This document shows, piece after piece, positions 8,696 through 17,675 of a stretch of 64,000 bases of DNA. Every line of letters begins with the position of its first letter. Position 1 is the first letter of the stretch. A program made the translations under genes and the position numbers. This stretch comes from an uncultured Syntrophaceae bacterium (GTDB lineage: Bacteria > Desulfobacterota > Syntrophia > Syntrophales > UBA2192): the NCBI GenBank assembly GCA_964585095.1, contig CAZPCN010000011.1, positions 9,367-73,366 on the forward strand. The letters are read 5' to 3'. Below the pieces are notes generated by a model. That model was not told where the DNA came from. It worked only from the letters and a program-made list of their open reading frames with translations, and ran no database searches.

Positions 8696-9196
8696 ATGCA
8701 TGCCAGGCCCTTCCTCCTGCTGTTCTTTTCCTGCCTTCTGACCGTTGCGTGTTCCCTCGGCGAGGACGTTCCGAAGGGTCCGCCGGCGAAGATCGCCGTC
8801 GACGCCCCGGCCCCGGATTTCCGTCTTCTCGATCTCAAGAGCCGGGAGGTGACGCTGGGTGGCCTGCGGGGACGCCCGGTCCTGCTCGTGTTCGGCACGA
8901 CCTGGTGCCCCTACTGCCGCGAGGAGATCCCGCGGATCAAGGAGATCTACGCGAAAGGCCGCGCGAAGAACCTCGAGGTGCTCAACGTCTACATCAACGA
9001 GTCGGAACAGAAAGTCGGCGAGTTTGCGGCCCGCCATGCGCTGCCGTACCCCGTCCTGCTCGACCGGGACGGCAAGGTGGCCGAACGATACCAGGTTCGT
9101 GGCGTCCCGATGATCGTCCTGGTGGACGGGCAGGGCAGCATCCGGTGCTACCAGTGCCGAAACCTCGAGGCGATGCTGGAAACCTTGAGGCCCTGA
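8696..9196 (+). CDS. secreted thioredoxin-fold thiol:disulfide oxidoreductase (TlpA/ResA-like)
   Basis: It has a signal peptide ending LLTVAC, an active site WCPYC, and the redoxin family motif VRGVPMIVLVD. It is paired with ccdA. Confidence 0.8.
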   Translation: MHARPFLLLFFSCLLTVACSLGEDVPKGPPAKIAVDAPAPDFRLLDLKSREVTLGGLRGRPVLLVFGTTWCPYCREEIPRIKEIYAKGRAKNLEVLNVYINESEQKVGEFAARHALPYPVLLDRDGKVAERYQVRGVPMIVLVDGQGSIRCYQCRNLEAMLETLRP

Positions 9197-9223
9197 CAGC
9201 TTCACCCGCTCCGCATTTTTCCA

Positions 9224-9251
9224 TTGCTTTTCCCCCGATACCTGTATATTT
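9224..9251 (+). promoter_or_regulatory. candidate promoter of the feoB operon
   Basis: TTGCTT (9224-9229), 15-16 nt spacer, TATATT (9245-9250). A Fur box follows immediately. Confidence 0.35.
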
Positions 9252-9256
9252 TGAGA

Positions 9257-9273
9257 ATGCGAATCATTCGCAT
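9257..9273. promoter_or_regulatory. Fur box (ATGCGAAT-c-ATTCGCAT)
   Basis: It is a perfect 8-1-8 inverted repeat. The 19-mer GAGAATGCGAATCATTCGC matches 14/19 positions of the classical GATAATGATAATCATTATC consensus. It lies between the -10 element and the feoB start. Confidence 0.6.
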
Positions 9274-9284
9274 GAGGAGCACTC

Positions 9285-11264
9285 GTGGAGCAAGACGAGA
9301 AGAAAGAGCCCCATTTTCCGCCGAACGCGGCCCCGAACCGCAGGCTCGTTCTGGTCGGTCACCCGAATGTGGGCAAGAGCAAAATCTTCTCGATGCTCAC
9401 GGGGGAATACGTGATCGTGTCGAACTATCCGGGTACCACGGTCGAGGTAAAGTCCGGAAAGGCCGCGCGTCTCGATTACTACGTGGTGGACACCCCGGGG
9501 ATCACGAGCGTCGTTCCCCGCAGCGAGGAAGAGCGCGTAACGCTCAAGACGCTCGTTACCGAGAACTTCTCGGCCGTGCTGCAGGTCGGCGACGCGCAGA
9601 ACCTCCGCCGGACGCTGCTGCTCACGATGGCCCTGATCGAGGCGGAGGTACCCCTGGTTCTCGACCTCAACATCGCCGACGAGGCGGAAAAGAAAGGCTA
9701 CGTCATCGACACGGCCAGGCTTTCGAGGAGCCTGGGCATCCCCGTCGTCAAAACCGTGGCAACCCAGGAGAAAGGACGTGCGGAGCTGCTGGAAGCCCTG
9801 CGAAACCCCACGAAGTCCCCTCTTCGGATCGCGTACGATTCCCGCGTGATCGAGGCGGCCGCGGACATCACGGGCCACCTGCCGGAATACCCCGTGTCAC
9901 GGCGCGCCGTCGCCCTGACGCTTCTTGCGGGGAATCCGTCGATCGTGGATGACCTGCTGGGGGACGGGGCCGCGGAGGGCCGGGCGATCAAGGACATCAT
10001 CGGCAGAACGCAGGCCCGCGTGCTCGAACCGCTGTCGCGGGTCATCCTCGATGCCCGGATGGCCTACGTGGAGAGACTGATCCGCGAATGCGTCTCGCTG
10101 CGCCAGGGCAGGGGGTTCCGCTCGCAATTCGCGGAGCGACTCGACCGGTTCTCGACCCACCCGATGGGGGGCGTGTTGCTGCTGCTGGGCATCCTGTACG
10201 TGATCTACGAGTTCGTCGGGGTCTTTGCCGCGGGTACGGTCGTGGACTTCATCCAGAACGTGATCTTCGGCGAATGGCTGTTGCCCCCGGTCGTGGAATC
10301 CCTTTCCCGGCTGCCCTATCCCCTGGTGCGGGATTTCCTCGTCGGGCCCTACGGCCAGATCACCATGGGCATCACCTACGCGATCGCCATCGTGTTCCCC
10401 ACGGTGACGGCCTTCTACATCGTGTTCTCCTTCCTCGAGGACACGGGATACCTCCCGCGCCTGGAGGTCATGATCAACCGCCTCTTCTCCCTGATCGGGC
10501 TCAACGGCAAGGCGGTCATCCCGATCATCCTGGGATTCGGGTGCGGCACCATGGCCGCCATCGTGACCCGGATTCTCGAGACGCGCCGGGAACGGATCAT
10601 TGCAACCCTGATCCTGGCCCTCGGGATTCCCTGCGCTCCCCAGATGGGGCTGATCCTGGGGATGTTCGCCCGCATCGGATTCATCCCGCTGGTCCTCTTT
10701 TTCGTCCTCCTGGCGGCCCAGCTGATGGCGACGGGGTGGCTCGCCTCGAAACTCCTGCCGGGGCAGACGACGGCATTCGTCACCGAACTTCCCCCGTACC
10801 GGCTCCCCCAGCTGAGCAACGTGGCGGGGAAGACGGTGTACCGGTCCTACTGGTTCGTCCGGGAGGTCATCCCCTGGTTTCTCCTGGGGACGGCGATGCT
10901 CTTCGCCGCCGATCTCACGGGTGTCCTGCCGGGGCTGAAAAAGATGCTCGAGCCCGTCGTCGTGGGCTTTCTCAGCCTGCCGGCCGACACGGCGGAGGGG
11001 TTCATCCTGGGGTTCCTGCGGCGCGAGTACGTGGCGGCCTACTTCTTCGACCTCTACGGCCGGGGCCTGATGGATCACCTCCAGGCCTTTGTCGCCACCA
11101 TGGTGATGACGCTGTTCGTGCCCTGCGTGGCAAACACCTTCGTGATCATCAAGGAGCGGGGGATGCTCGTCGGCCTCGGCATCGTCTGCTTCGTCGTCGC
11201 ATACGCCATCGCCGCGGGCGGGATTCTCAATGCCGTTCTGAGACTCCTCCACGTGACGTTCTGA
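9285..11264 (+). CDS. feoB: ferrous iron transporter FeoB
   Basis: GTG start with GAGGAG 6 nt upstream. The product has a G-domain (GHPNVGKS, DTPG) followed by a polytopic membrane domain. It is 659 aa. Confidence 0.9.
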   Translation: MEQDEKKEPHFPPNAAPNRRLVLVGHPNVGKSKIFSMLTGEYVIVSNYPGTTVEVKSGKAARLDYYVVDTPGITSVVPRSEEERVTLKTLVTENFSAVLQVGDAQNLRRTLLLTMALIEAEVPLVLDLNIADEAEKKGYVIDTARLSRSLGIPVVKTVATQEKGRAELLEALRNPTKSPLRIAYDSRVIEAAADITGHLPEYPVSRRAVALTLLAGNPSIVDDLLGDGAAEGRAIKDIIGRTQARVLEPLSRVILDARMAYVERLIRECVSLRQGRGFRSQFAERLDRFSTHPMGGVLLLLGILYVIYEFVGVFAAGTVVDFIQNVIFGEWLLPPVVESLSRLPYPLVRDFLVGPYGQITMGITYAIAIVFPTVTAFYIVFSFLEDTGYLPRLEVMINRLFSLIGLNGKAVIPIILGFGCGTMAAIVTRILETRRERIIATLILALGIPCAPQMGLILGMFARIGFIPLVLFFVLLAAQLMATGWLASKLLPGQTTAFVTELPPYRLPQLSNVAGKTVYRSYWFVREVIPWFLLGTAMLFAADLTGVLPGLKKMLEPVVVGFLSLPADTAEGFILGFLRREYVAAYFFDLYGRGLMDHLQAFVATMVMTLFVPCVANTFVIIKERGMLVGLGIVCFVVAYAIAAGGILNAVLRLLHVTF

Positions 11265-11274
11265 GGAGAGAAAC

Positions 11275-12000
11275 ATGGAAGAGAATTGCAGACCCTGCAC
11301 GAGGGAGGATCTCGAGGAGATCCTCGAGGAGATCTGGACCACCCTGGAGCTCCAGGGGGAGGTCCCGGCGCCCAATTCGCGGGTCCCGCCTGCGCTGACC
11401 GCGCAGGCCGAGCGGCTTGTCGAGGAGGGGCTTGTGTGGGAGGGGGGAACGGAACTCGTCCTGACGGAGCCGGGGTTCCGGAAGGCCAAGGAGATCATCC
11501 GGAGCCACCGGCTCGCGGAGAGGCTCCTGCACGATGTCCTGAACCTGCACAGCGAGGAGATGGAGCATTCGGCCTGCCGCTACGAGCACATGATGGGCTC
11601 CGAGGCGGCCGACTCGATCTGTATCCTGCTGGGGCATCCCCGGACCTGCCCGCACGGCAAGGCCATCCCGCCCGGGGACTGCTGCGAGGCGGGCGAGACG
11701 ACGCTGAGGCCGCTCGTCGTGCCGCTCACCGAGCTCGAGCCCGGCGAAACGGCGGCGGTGGCCTACATCGGGACGCGGGACAATGCCCGACTGGCGTACC
11801 TGACCTCGCTGGGCGTCATGACGGGGCGGCCCGTCGAGCTGGTCCAGAAACGGCCGTCCTACATCGTGAAGATCGACGAAAGCACCGTGGCCTTCGACGA
11901 GGCGATCGCCCGTGAGATTTTCGTCAGGCCCGCCCATCGAAAACGACAGGCGGCAAAGGGCGACGGGCGGCGTTTCCGATGGCGAAGCGGCCGCCGGTGA
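11275..12000 (+). CDS. DtxR/MntR-family metal-dependent regulator with C-terminal FeoA/SH3-like domain
   Basis: It has SHRLAERLLHDVL...EHSACRYEHMMG (the DtxR dimerisation/metal-site region) and a C-terminal LEPGETAAVAYIG...GRPVELVQKRPSYIVKIDESTVAFDEAIAREIFV. Confidence 0.7.
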   Translation: MEENCRPCTREDLEEILEEIWTTLELQGEVPAPNSRVPPALTAQAERLVEEGLVWEGGTELVLTEPGFRKAKEIIRSHRLAERLLHDVLNLHSEEMEHSACRYEHMMGSEAADSICILLGHPRTCPHGKAIPPGDCCEAGETTLRPLVVPLTELEPGETAAVAYIGTRDNARLAYLTSLGVMTGRPVELVQKRPSYIVKIDESTVAFDEAIAREIFVRPAHRKRQAAKGDGRRFRWRSGRR

Positions 12001-12015
12001 CGGGAGGACCGGACG

Positions 12016-12417
12016 ATGGAGCCTGTTCAGAAACCCTTGCGCATGACGCCGCGGCGGGAGATCATCCTGGAGATCCTCCGGGAGCGCGGCCACCTGGACG
12101 CCTACGAGCTTTTCGAACTGGCGCGCCGGAAGGACTCCCGGATCAGCCTGGCCACCGTCTACCGGGCCCTGGCCTATTTCCGGGAGCGCAACGTGATCCA
12201 GGGCCGCAGTTTCGGCGAGGGGCACTCCCACTTCGAGGTCCACGACGCCGAGACGGGCACCCACGCCCATTTCATCTGCACCCGTTGCGGGAAGGTTCGC
12301 GAGGTGAAAGGCAAGTTCATCCGGGACATGGAAGCCCTCGCGCAGAGGGAGCGATTCAGGGTCACCGGGGCGCATCTGGACCTCTTCGGGCTCTGCGAGG
12401 ATTGCGCGGCCCGGTGA
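12016..12417 (+). CDS. fur: Fur-family transcriptional regulator
   Basis: The 133-aa product carries MTPRREIILEIL, ATVYRALAYF, HFICTRCGKV and GLCEDC. Confidence 0.8.
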   Translation: MEPVQKPLRMTPRREIILEILRERGHLDAYELFELARRKDSRISLATVYRALAYFRERNVIQGRSFGEGHSHFEVHDAETGTHAHFICTRCGKVREVKGKFIRDMEALAQRERFRVTGAHLDLFGLCEDCAAR

Positions 12418-12450
12418 GGTCCCCGAAATCGGGATCGAAAGGAGCGGGAC

Positions 12451-13041
12451 GTGGCGGCGGCGAAACGATTCGAGGAGAGGAAATGCCGGTACTTCCGCAA
12501 GCCCGGCAAGGCGAACACGAGCGACGTGCTCGACGCCTCGGCCGCCCGTGCGGCGGAGCTGGGCATCGGGACCGTCATCGTACCGAGCGTGAGCGGAAGG
12601 ACGGCGCTGGCTGCCCGGGAAGCGTTCGGGAAGGGGGCGCGAATCATCGCGGTCACCCACGTGGCGGGCTTCGAGGGGCCCGACATCCAGGAGATGGGGG
12701 AGGCCGCGCGGAAGCGCCTCGAGTCGGCGGGCGTCCGCGTCTTCACGGGCCAGCACGCCTTCGGAGGCGTGGGGCGCGCGGTGCGCAACAAGCTCGGCAC
12801 CTACCAGGTCGATGAGATCATGGCCTACACGCTGCGGACGTTCGGGCAGGGAACGAAGGTGGCCGTCGAGGTCGCCCTCATGGCGGCCGATGCGGGGCTG
12901 GTCCGGACCGACGAGGACGTCATCGCGCTGGGGGGGACGTACGCGGGGGCGGACACGGCTCTCGTCATCGGGCCCGCCAACAGCGCCCGTTTCTTCGACC
13001 TGAAGGTCCGCGAGGTGATCTGCAAGCCGAGGAACTTTTAA
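12451..13041 (+). CDS. stand-alone pyruvate-kinase C-terminal (alpha/beta) domain-like protein
   Basis: GTG start with AAAGGAG 6 nt upstream. The 196-aa product (VIVPSVSGRTALAAREAF, GADTALVIGPAN) resembles proteins annotated as pyruvate kinase alpha/beta domain-containing. The function is unknown. Confidence 0.55.
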   Translation: MAAAKRFEERKCRYFRKPGKANTSDVLDASAARAAELGIGTVIVPSVSGRTALAAREAFGKGARIIAVTHVAGFEGPDIQEMGEAARKRLESAGVRVFTGQHAFGGVGRAVRNKLGTYQVDEIMAYTLRTFGQGTKVAVEVALMAADAGLVRTDEDVIALGGTYAGADTALVIGPANSARFFDLKVREVICKPRNF

Positions 13042-13046
13042 AACAA

Positions 13047-13081
13047 GGGTATCGGGGCTGGGGTCAAGGGTATAGGGCAAG
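13047..13081 (+). repeat. GGGTNNN heptad array, 5 units (gggtatc ggggctg gggtcaa gggtata gggcaag)
   Basis: Read directly. It starts 5 nt after the stop at 13039-13041. It is followed by the SD (AGAGGAG) and the ATG at 13106. Confidence 0.9.
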
Positions 13082-13105
13082 GACAAAGAAAAGAGGAGAA
13101 GAAAC

Positions 13106-14305
13106 ATGCTGTCGGAGAACACGCTGGAGCGGTATGCGGAGGTGCTCATCTGGGGCCTGAACAAGGCGAGGAAGAAGGCGGTGCGGAAGGGCGAGATCGT
13201 CAGGGTCGCCTTCGACATTCCGGCCATCCGGCTGGCGGAGGTCGTCCAGCGAAAGCTCATCGAACGCGGCATCCACCCCGTCCTGCGCTCGGGGTTGACG
13301 CCGGCCATGGAACGGAACTTCTACGGCCTGTCGGACGGCAAGCAGCTGGCCTTTCTGGCGCCCGGAGACCGCGAGCTCTGCGAGCGCCTCAACGGCAGCA
13401 TCTACCTTTACGCCCCGGCGTCGCTGACCCACCTGAGGGACGTGGATCCCGGGAAGATCGCCGCGGCCACCGTCGCGCGCAAGGAGCTGAAGGACATCCT
13501 GGACCGCCGGGACGCCGAGGGGAGCTTCGGGTGGACCCTGTGCATGATGCCGACCGCCGAGCTCGCGAGGCAGGCGAAGCTGACGGAAGCGCAGTACGAG
13601 AAGCAGGTCGTCAGGGCCTGCTACCTCGACAGCGCGGACCCGGCGGGTCAGTGGGAGTCCATCTACCGCGAGGTGGGCGAAATCAAGAAGCGGCTCAACG
13701 CGATGAAGGTCGCCTTCTACCGCGTCGAGGGCAAGGGCACGGACCTCAAGATCACTCCCGGCCGTGATCGCAAGTGGGTGGGCATTTCGGGTCACAACAT
13801 CCCGAGCTTCGAGATCTTCCTGTCGCCGGACTGGAGGGGGACCGAGGGGCGCTACGTCGCCAACATGCCCTCGTTCCGGAGCGGCAACTACGTCGCCGGC
13901 GTCGTCCTCGAGTTCCGCAAGGGGGTCGGTTCCGTAGTCGGCGCGGACGAGGGGGAGGCGTTCGCCCGGAAACAGATCGCCATGGACGAGGGAGCGAGCC
14001 GGATCGGGGAGTTCTCGCTGACGGACCGCCGGTTCTCCCGGATCGACCGTTTCATGGCCAACACGCTCTTCGACGAGAACTTCGGCGGGAAGTACGGGAA
14101 CTGCCACATCGCCTTCGGCTCCTCCTACGCCGACACCTACAGGAAGAACCCGGCGTCGCTGACGCCGGCGATGAAAAAGAAACTGGGGTTCAACGACTCG
14201 GCCCTGCACTGGGACCTCGTCAACACGGAGCCCAAGACCGTGACGGCGCACCTGGTCACGGGCAAGAGGGTGGTGGTCTACGACAACGGGGTGTTCAAAT
14301 ACTGA
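13106..14305 (+). CDS. aminopeptidase, M29 (AmpS/PepS) family
   Basis: The 399-aa product has M29-like blocks (NIPSFEIFLSPDW, EGASRIGEFSLTD, DENFGGKYGNCHIAFG). Confidence 0.7.
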   Translation: MLSENTLERYAEVLIWGLNKARKKAVRKGEIVRVAFDIPAIRLAEVVQRKLIERGIHPVLRSGLTPAMERNFYGLSDGKQLAFLAPGDRELCERLNGSIYLYAPASLTHLRDVDPGKIAAATVARKELKDILDRRDAEGSFGWTLCMMPTAELARQAKLTEAQYEKQVVRACYLDSADPAGQWESIYREVGEIKKRLNAMKVAFYRVEGKGTDLKITPGRDRKWVGISGHNIPSFEIFLSPDWRGTEGRYVANMPSFRSGNYVAGVVLEFRKGVGSVVGADEGEAFARKQIAMDEGASRIGEFSLTDRRFSRIDRFMANTLFDENFGGKYGNCHIAFGSSYADTYRKNPASLTPAMKKKLGFNDSALHWDLVNTEPKTVTAHLVTGKRVVVYDNGVFKY

Positions 14306-14307
14306 CA

Positions 14308-14321
14308 GGGTACAGGGTGTG
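14308..14321 (+). repeat. short GGGTNNN array, 2 units (gggtaca gggtgtg)
   Basis: Read directly. It starts 2 nt after the aminopeptidase stop (14303-14305). Confidence 0.6.
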
Positions 14322-14377
14322 ATCCCTTAGAGGATCCGTTCCGCGACAAGATGGGATCGTGAGGTGAGGCTCGCCAT

Positions 14378-14569
14378 TTAGTCTTCGAGGTCGATCGCCT
14401 CGACGGGACAGGATTCGGCGGCTTCGCGGCAGGCATCCTCGAATTCCGTGGGGATCTCGTCGTCGAAGCGGCAGACCGCGAGTTCGTCCTTCATCTCGAA
14501 CACATCGGGGCAGATGTCGACGCAGCTCTCACAGCCGATGCAGAGGTCCTCGTTGACGGTGGCTTTCAT
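14378..14569 (-). CDS. small single-cluster ferredoxin
   Basis: The 63-aa product contains CIGCESCVDICP plus a distal CP motif (ESCPVEAI). It is acidic. Confidence 0.85.
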   Translation of the reverse strand: MKATVNEDLCIGCESCVDICPDVFEMKDELAVCRFDDEIPTEFEDACREAAESCPVEAIDLED

Positions 14570-14728
14570 TTCCCCTCCTTTTCCGGGTTGCCGGCCGACG
14601 TCGAGACGATAACCGCTGGAAAAATCGAAAAAATGGGACGCGACGCTGTTTATGGATGACTTCCGGCGGAAAAGTCAACTTTTTTTTGAGCGCCCGCCGC
14701 AGGACTCCGCGCTCGGGAGGATGAGGCA

Positions 14729-15286
14729 ATGAACGTCGACAAACTCGTTCCCAAGGAGCCCCGGGGGCTCGTCGTCGTCATCACGGGCCACGGCAAGGGG
14801 AAGACCACGACGGCGCTGGGGATAGCCGTGAGGGCCTGCGGGCACGGCATGCGCATCTGCATCATCCAGTTCATGAAGGGCGACCTGTATTCCGGCGAGT
14901 GGGACGGCGTGAAGAAGATGGACTGCGCCATCGAGCTGCACGCCACGGGGAAGGGGTTCTGCGGCATCCAGGGCAACCCCTACCCGTACCGCGAGCACCG
15001 GCAGAACGCCCAGGACGCCGTTGCCCTGGCCCGGGAGAAAATGGTCTCGGGGAACTACGACCTGATCATCCTCGACGAGATCCACAACGCGCTGCACCTG
15101 AAGCTCGTGGACCTCGAGCAGGTCCTCGCCCTGATCCGGGAGAAGCCGCCGCTCACGCACCTGGTCCTGACGGGACGGGACGCGCACCCGGAGGTCATCG
15201 AGCTTGCCGATACGGTGAGCGAGGTGGTGGAAATCAAGCACGCGTACAGGAAGGGAATCGAACCCCAACCGGGCATCGACTATTGA
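14729..15286 (+). CDS. cobO: cob(I)yrinic acid a,c-diamide adenosyltransferase
   Basis: It has the P-loop HGKGKTTTALGIAVRACGHG, IIQFMKG and ILDE. It is 185 aa, typical of CobO/BtuR. Confidence 0.85.
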   Translation: MNVDKLVPKEPRGLVVVITGHGKGKTTTALGIAVRACGHGMRICIIQFMKGDLYSGEWDGVKKMDCAIELHATGKGFCGIQGNPYPYREHRQNAQDAVALAREKMVSGNYDLIILDEIHNALHLKLVDLEQVLALIREKPPLTHLVLTGRDAHPEVIELADTVSEVVEIKHAYRKGIEPQPGIDY

Positions 15287-15320
15287 ACGGATGATGACCG
15301 GGGGCACAGCCCGCAGGCAA

Positions 15321-15359
15321 GAGAAGGTGAGAGGGTAAGAAGGGAAGAGGGTCAGAAGG
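15321..15359 (+). repeat. purine-rich short-period array (gagaaggtgagagggtaagaagggaagagggtcagaagg)
   Basis: Read directly. GG(G)T recurs every 7-9 nt. It lies 35 nt after the cobO stop and is followed by a GGCTTC...GAAGCC hairpin (15358-15377). Confidence 0.6.
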
Positions 15360-15456
15360 CTTCAGATGCCGGAAGCCGACCACTACGCGGGAGTCTGCCT
15401 ATCTGGATTTGCACGTCTTGTGGCTTGAGGCCTGCGGCTCTTTCGGCGGAATCCCC

Positions 15457-15485
15457 TTGACAGGTTGTCCGGTTCCTCCGATATT
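15457..15485 (+). promoter_or_regulatory. candidate sigma70 promoter of sufC-sufB/D
   Basis: TTGACA (15457-15462), 17 nt spacer, GATATT (15480-15485). The 5' UTR carries the palindromes TGACGCGTCA (15495-15504) and ATGCGCAT (15512-15519). Confidence 0.5.
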
Positions 15486-15557
15486 AGGTGAACTTGACGC
15501 GTCAGATTGCAATGCGCATCGCGTCGGTTGACACGAGAATGACGAAAGGAGTCAGGG

Positions 15558-16316
15558 ATGCTTCTCATCGAAGATCTCCAGGTGAAACTGGGCGAACGGG
15601 AGGTTCTCCGGCACATCGACCTCCAGATCAATCCCGGGGAGACGCACATCCTGTTCGGGCCGAACGGCTCCGGCAAGACGTCTCTCCTCATGACCATCAT
15701 GGGGTACCCCCAGTACAGGGTGACGGCGGGCAAGATCACTTTCAAAGGCGTGGACATCACGAACCTGCCCATCAACGAGCGGGCGAAGCTCGGCATCGGG
15801 ATGTCGTACCAGCGTCCGCCGACGGTCAACGGCCTCAAGACGAAGCAGATGGTCCAGATCTGCGCGGGCGGCCGCGACGTGGACGTGGCGGGCATGGCGG
15901 CGCGGATGAATTTCACCGATTTCCTGGAGCGGGACATCAACGCGGGGTTCTCGGGCGGGGAGATCAAGCGATCGGAACTGGTTCAGCTCATGGCCCAGCA
16001 ACCCGACCTCCTGCTTTTCGACGAACCCGAGTCCGGCGTGGACCTCGAGAATATTGCCCTGATCGGCAACACGATCAGCATGCTGCTGCAGAGGGATTTT
16101 CACACGGAGCCCAATAAGTCGCAGCTCCAGAGGAAAAAGGAACGGACAAAGATGGGTCTCATCATCACGCACACGGGCTTCATCCTGGATTACGTCACGG
16201 CGGACAAGGGGCAGGTGTTGTTCAACGGTGTGCTGTCCTGCTCCAACAACCCGTCGGATATTTTCAGCTGCATCAAGGTCATGGGATACGAGGAGTGTGT
16301 GAAATGCGCAATCTGA
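15558..16316 (+). CDS. sufC: Fe-S cluster assembly ATPase SufC
   Basis: It has Walker A GPNGSGKTSLL, a SufC-style signature FSGGEIKRSELVQL, and LLLFDEPESGVD. Confidence 0.85.
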   Translation: MLLIEDLQVKLGEREVLRHIDLQINPGETHILFGPNGSGKTSLLMTIMGYPQYRVTAGKITFKGVDITNLPINERAKLGIGMSYQRPPTVNGLKTKQMVQICAGGRDVDVAGMAARMNFTDFLERDINAGFSGGEIKRSELVQLMAQQPDLLLFDEPESGVDLENIALIGNTISMLLQRDFHTEPNKSQLQRKKERTKMGLIITHTGFILDYVTADKGQVLFNGVLSCSNNPSDIFSCIKVMGYEECVKCAI

Positions 16317-17515
16317 GCGATAGAGCCCGCGAGGCGAAGGACAAGAAAGCAGCCATCGGCCCCGACGTGGACCTGACGACCTTCACGGCGGAGCCCGTCA
16401 AGCATGATTATGTGAAGGACCTCAAGACGCTTCCCGTTGTCGACCAGGGCCGGCTTATCCAGGCCGGAATCGACACGAGCGAGAGCGGGCGCGCCGGGAC
16501 CTACATCCAGATGGACACGGCCGTCGTGCACTCCCACGCGAAGCAGGAAGGCCTCGAGGTAATTCCCATCAAGGAGGCCCTGAAGAAGCACGAGTGGGCG
16601 AGGGAGTACTACTGGAAGCTCGTGTCCGTCGATGCCGACAAGTACACCGCCGCGGCGGAGCTCAGCCTCCACGACGGCTACGTGATCCGGGCCCTGCCCG
16701 GCGCGAAGGCCGTCTGGCCCGTGCAGGCCTGCCTGTACCTCGACAAGGACAACATCAGCCAGTACGTGCACAACCTCATCATCGCCGAGGAGGGCTCGGA
16801 GCTGCACGTCATCACGGGCTGCGCCACGTCTCCCCGCCTCAAGCGGGGGCTCCACGTGGGGATCTCGGAATTCTTTGTGAAGAAGAACGCGAAGCTCAGC
16901 TTCACCATGATCCATCACTGGGCGGAAGAAGTGATGGTGCGGCCCCGTTCCGTGGGCATCGTCGAGGAAGGGGGGCTCTTCCTGAACAACTACATCTGCA
17001 TGAAGCCCGTCAAGAGCCTGCAGATGTACCCCACGACGCACCTCGTGGGCAAGGGGGCCGTGGCCCGCTTTTACAGCATCCTCGTGGGGACTCCGGGCTC
17101 CGAGATGGACGTGGGTGGCCGGATCCTGCTCAAGGCCGAGGACACGAAGGCCGAGATCATCGCACGGGCCATCACCAACGGCGGCACGATCATCAACCGC
17201 GGCGACCTCGTCGGCGAGGTGACCGGCGTGAAAGCGCACCTGGAGTGCAAGGGCCTGATCCTCAACGGCGGGATTATCCACGCCATCCCGGAACTCCAGG
17301 GCAAGGCGGACGGCGTCGAAATGTCCCACGAGGCCGCGGTCGGCAAGATCGCGCAGGAGGAGATCCTGTACCTCATGTCCCGCGGGCTCTCCGAGGACGA
17401 GGCGATCTCCACGATCGTCCGGGGCTTCCTCAGCGTGGACATCCCGGGCCTGCCCCCGAAGCTCCAGGAAGAGATCGACCGGGCCGTCGATTTGAGCTCG
17501 AAGGATGTGATGTAA
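16304..17515 (+). CDS. sufB: Fe-S cluster assembly scaffold, SufB/SufD family
   Basis: The ATG at 16304 has AGGAG 8 nt upstream and overlaps the sufC end. The product is 403 aa. The C-terminal SufBD block reads EAAVGKIAQEEILYLMSRGLSEDEAISTIVRGF. Confidence 0.8.
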   Translation: MRNLSDRAREAKDKKAAIGPDVDLTTFTAEPVKHDYVKDLKTLPVVDQGRLIQAGIDTSESGRAGTYIQMDTAVVHSHAKQEGLEVIPIKEALKKHEWAREYYWKLVSVDADKYTAAAELSLHDGYVIRALPGAKAVWPVQACLYLDKDNISQYVHNLIIAEEGSELHVITGCATSPRLKRGLHVGISEFFVKKNAKLSFTMIHHWAEEVMVRPRSVGIVEEGGLFLNNYICMKPVKSLQMYPTTHLVGKGAVARFYSILVGTPGSEMDVGGRILLKAEDTKAEIIARAITNGGTIINRGDLVGEVTGVKAHLECKGLILNGGIIHAIPELQGKADGVEMSHEAAVGKIAQEEILYLMSRGLSEDEAISTIVRGFLSVDIPGLPPKLQEEIDRAVDLSSKDVM

Positions 17516-17540
17516 CGGGACCGTCCGCGAGGGACGGTCC

Positions 17541-17575
17541 GGGTCCAGGGTTCAGGGGACAGGGTCCAGGGCAAG
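17541..17575 (+). repeat. GGGTNNN heptad array, 5 units (gggtcca gggttca ggggaca gggtcca gggcaag)
   Basis: Read directly. It lies between a 9-bp hairpin (17518-17540) that follows the sufB stop and the terminator at 17585. Confidence 0.9.
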
Positions 17576-17584
17576 ACAAGAGTC

Positions 17585-17617
17585 GGGTCGGGGAGATATC
17601 CCCGGCCCGCTTTTTTT
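17585..17617 (+). terminator. intrinsic terminator after sufB/D
   Basis: The stem gggtcgggga/tccccggccc has a GATA loop and is followed by a T7 run (17611-17617). Confidence 0.7.
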
Positions 17618-17675
17618 ACGCGAGGGTTGTGACCCGGGGATTGATTCCGGGCGGAATCCGGGGTATGACCGGGGC

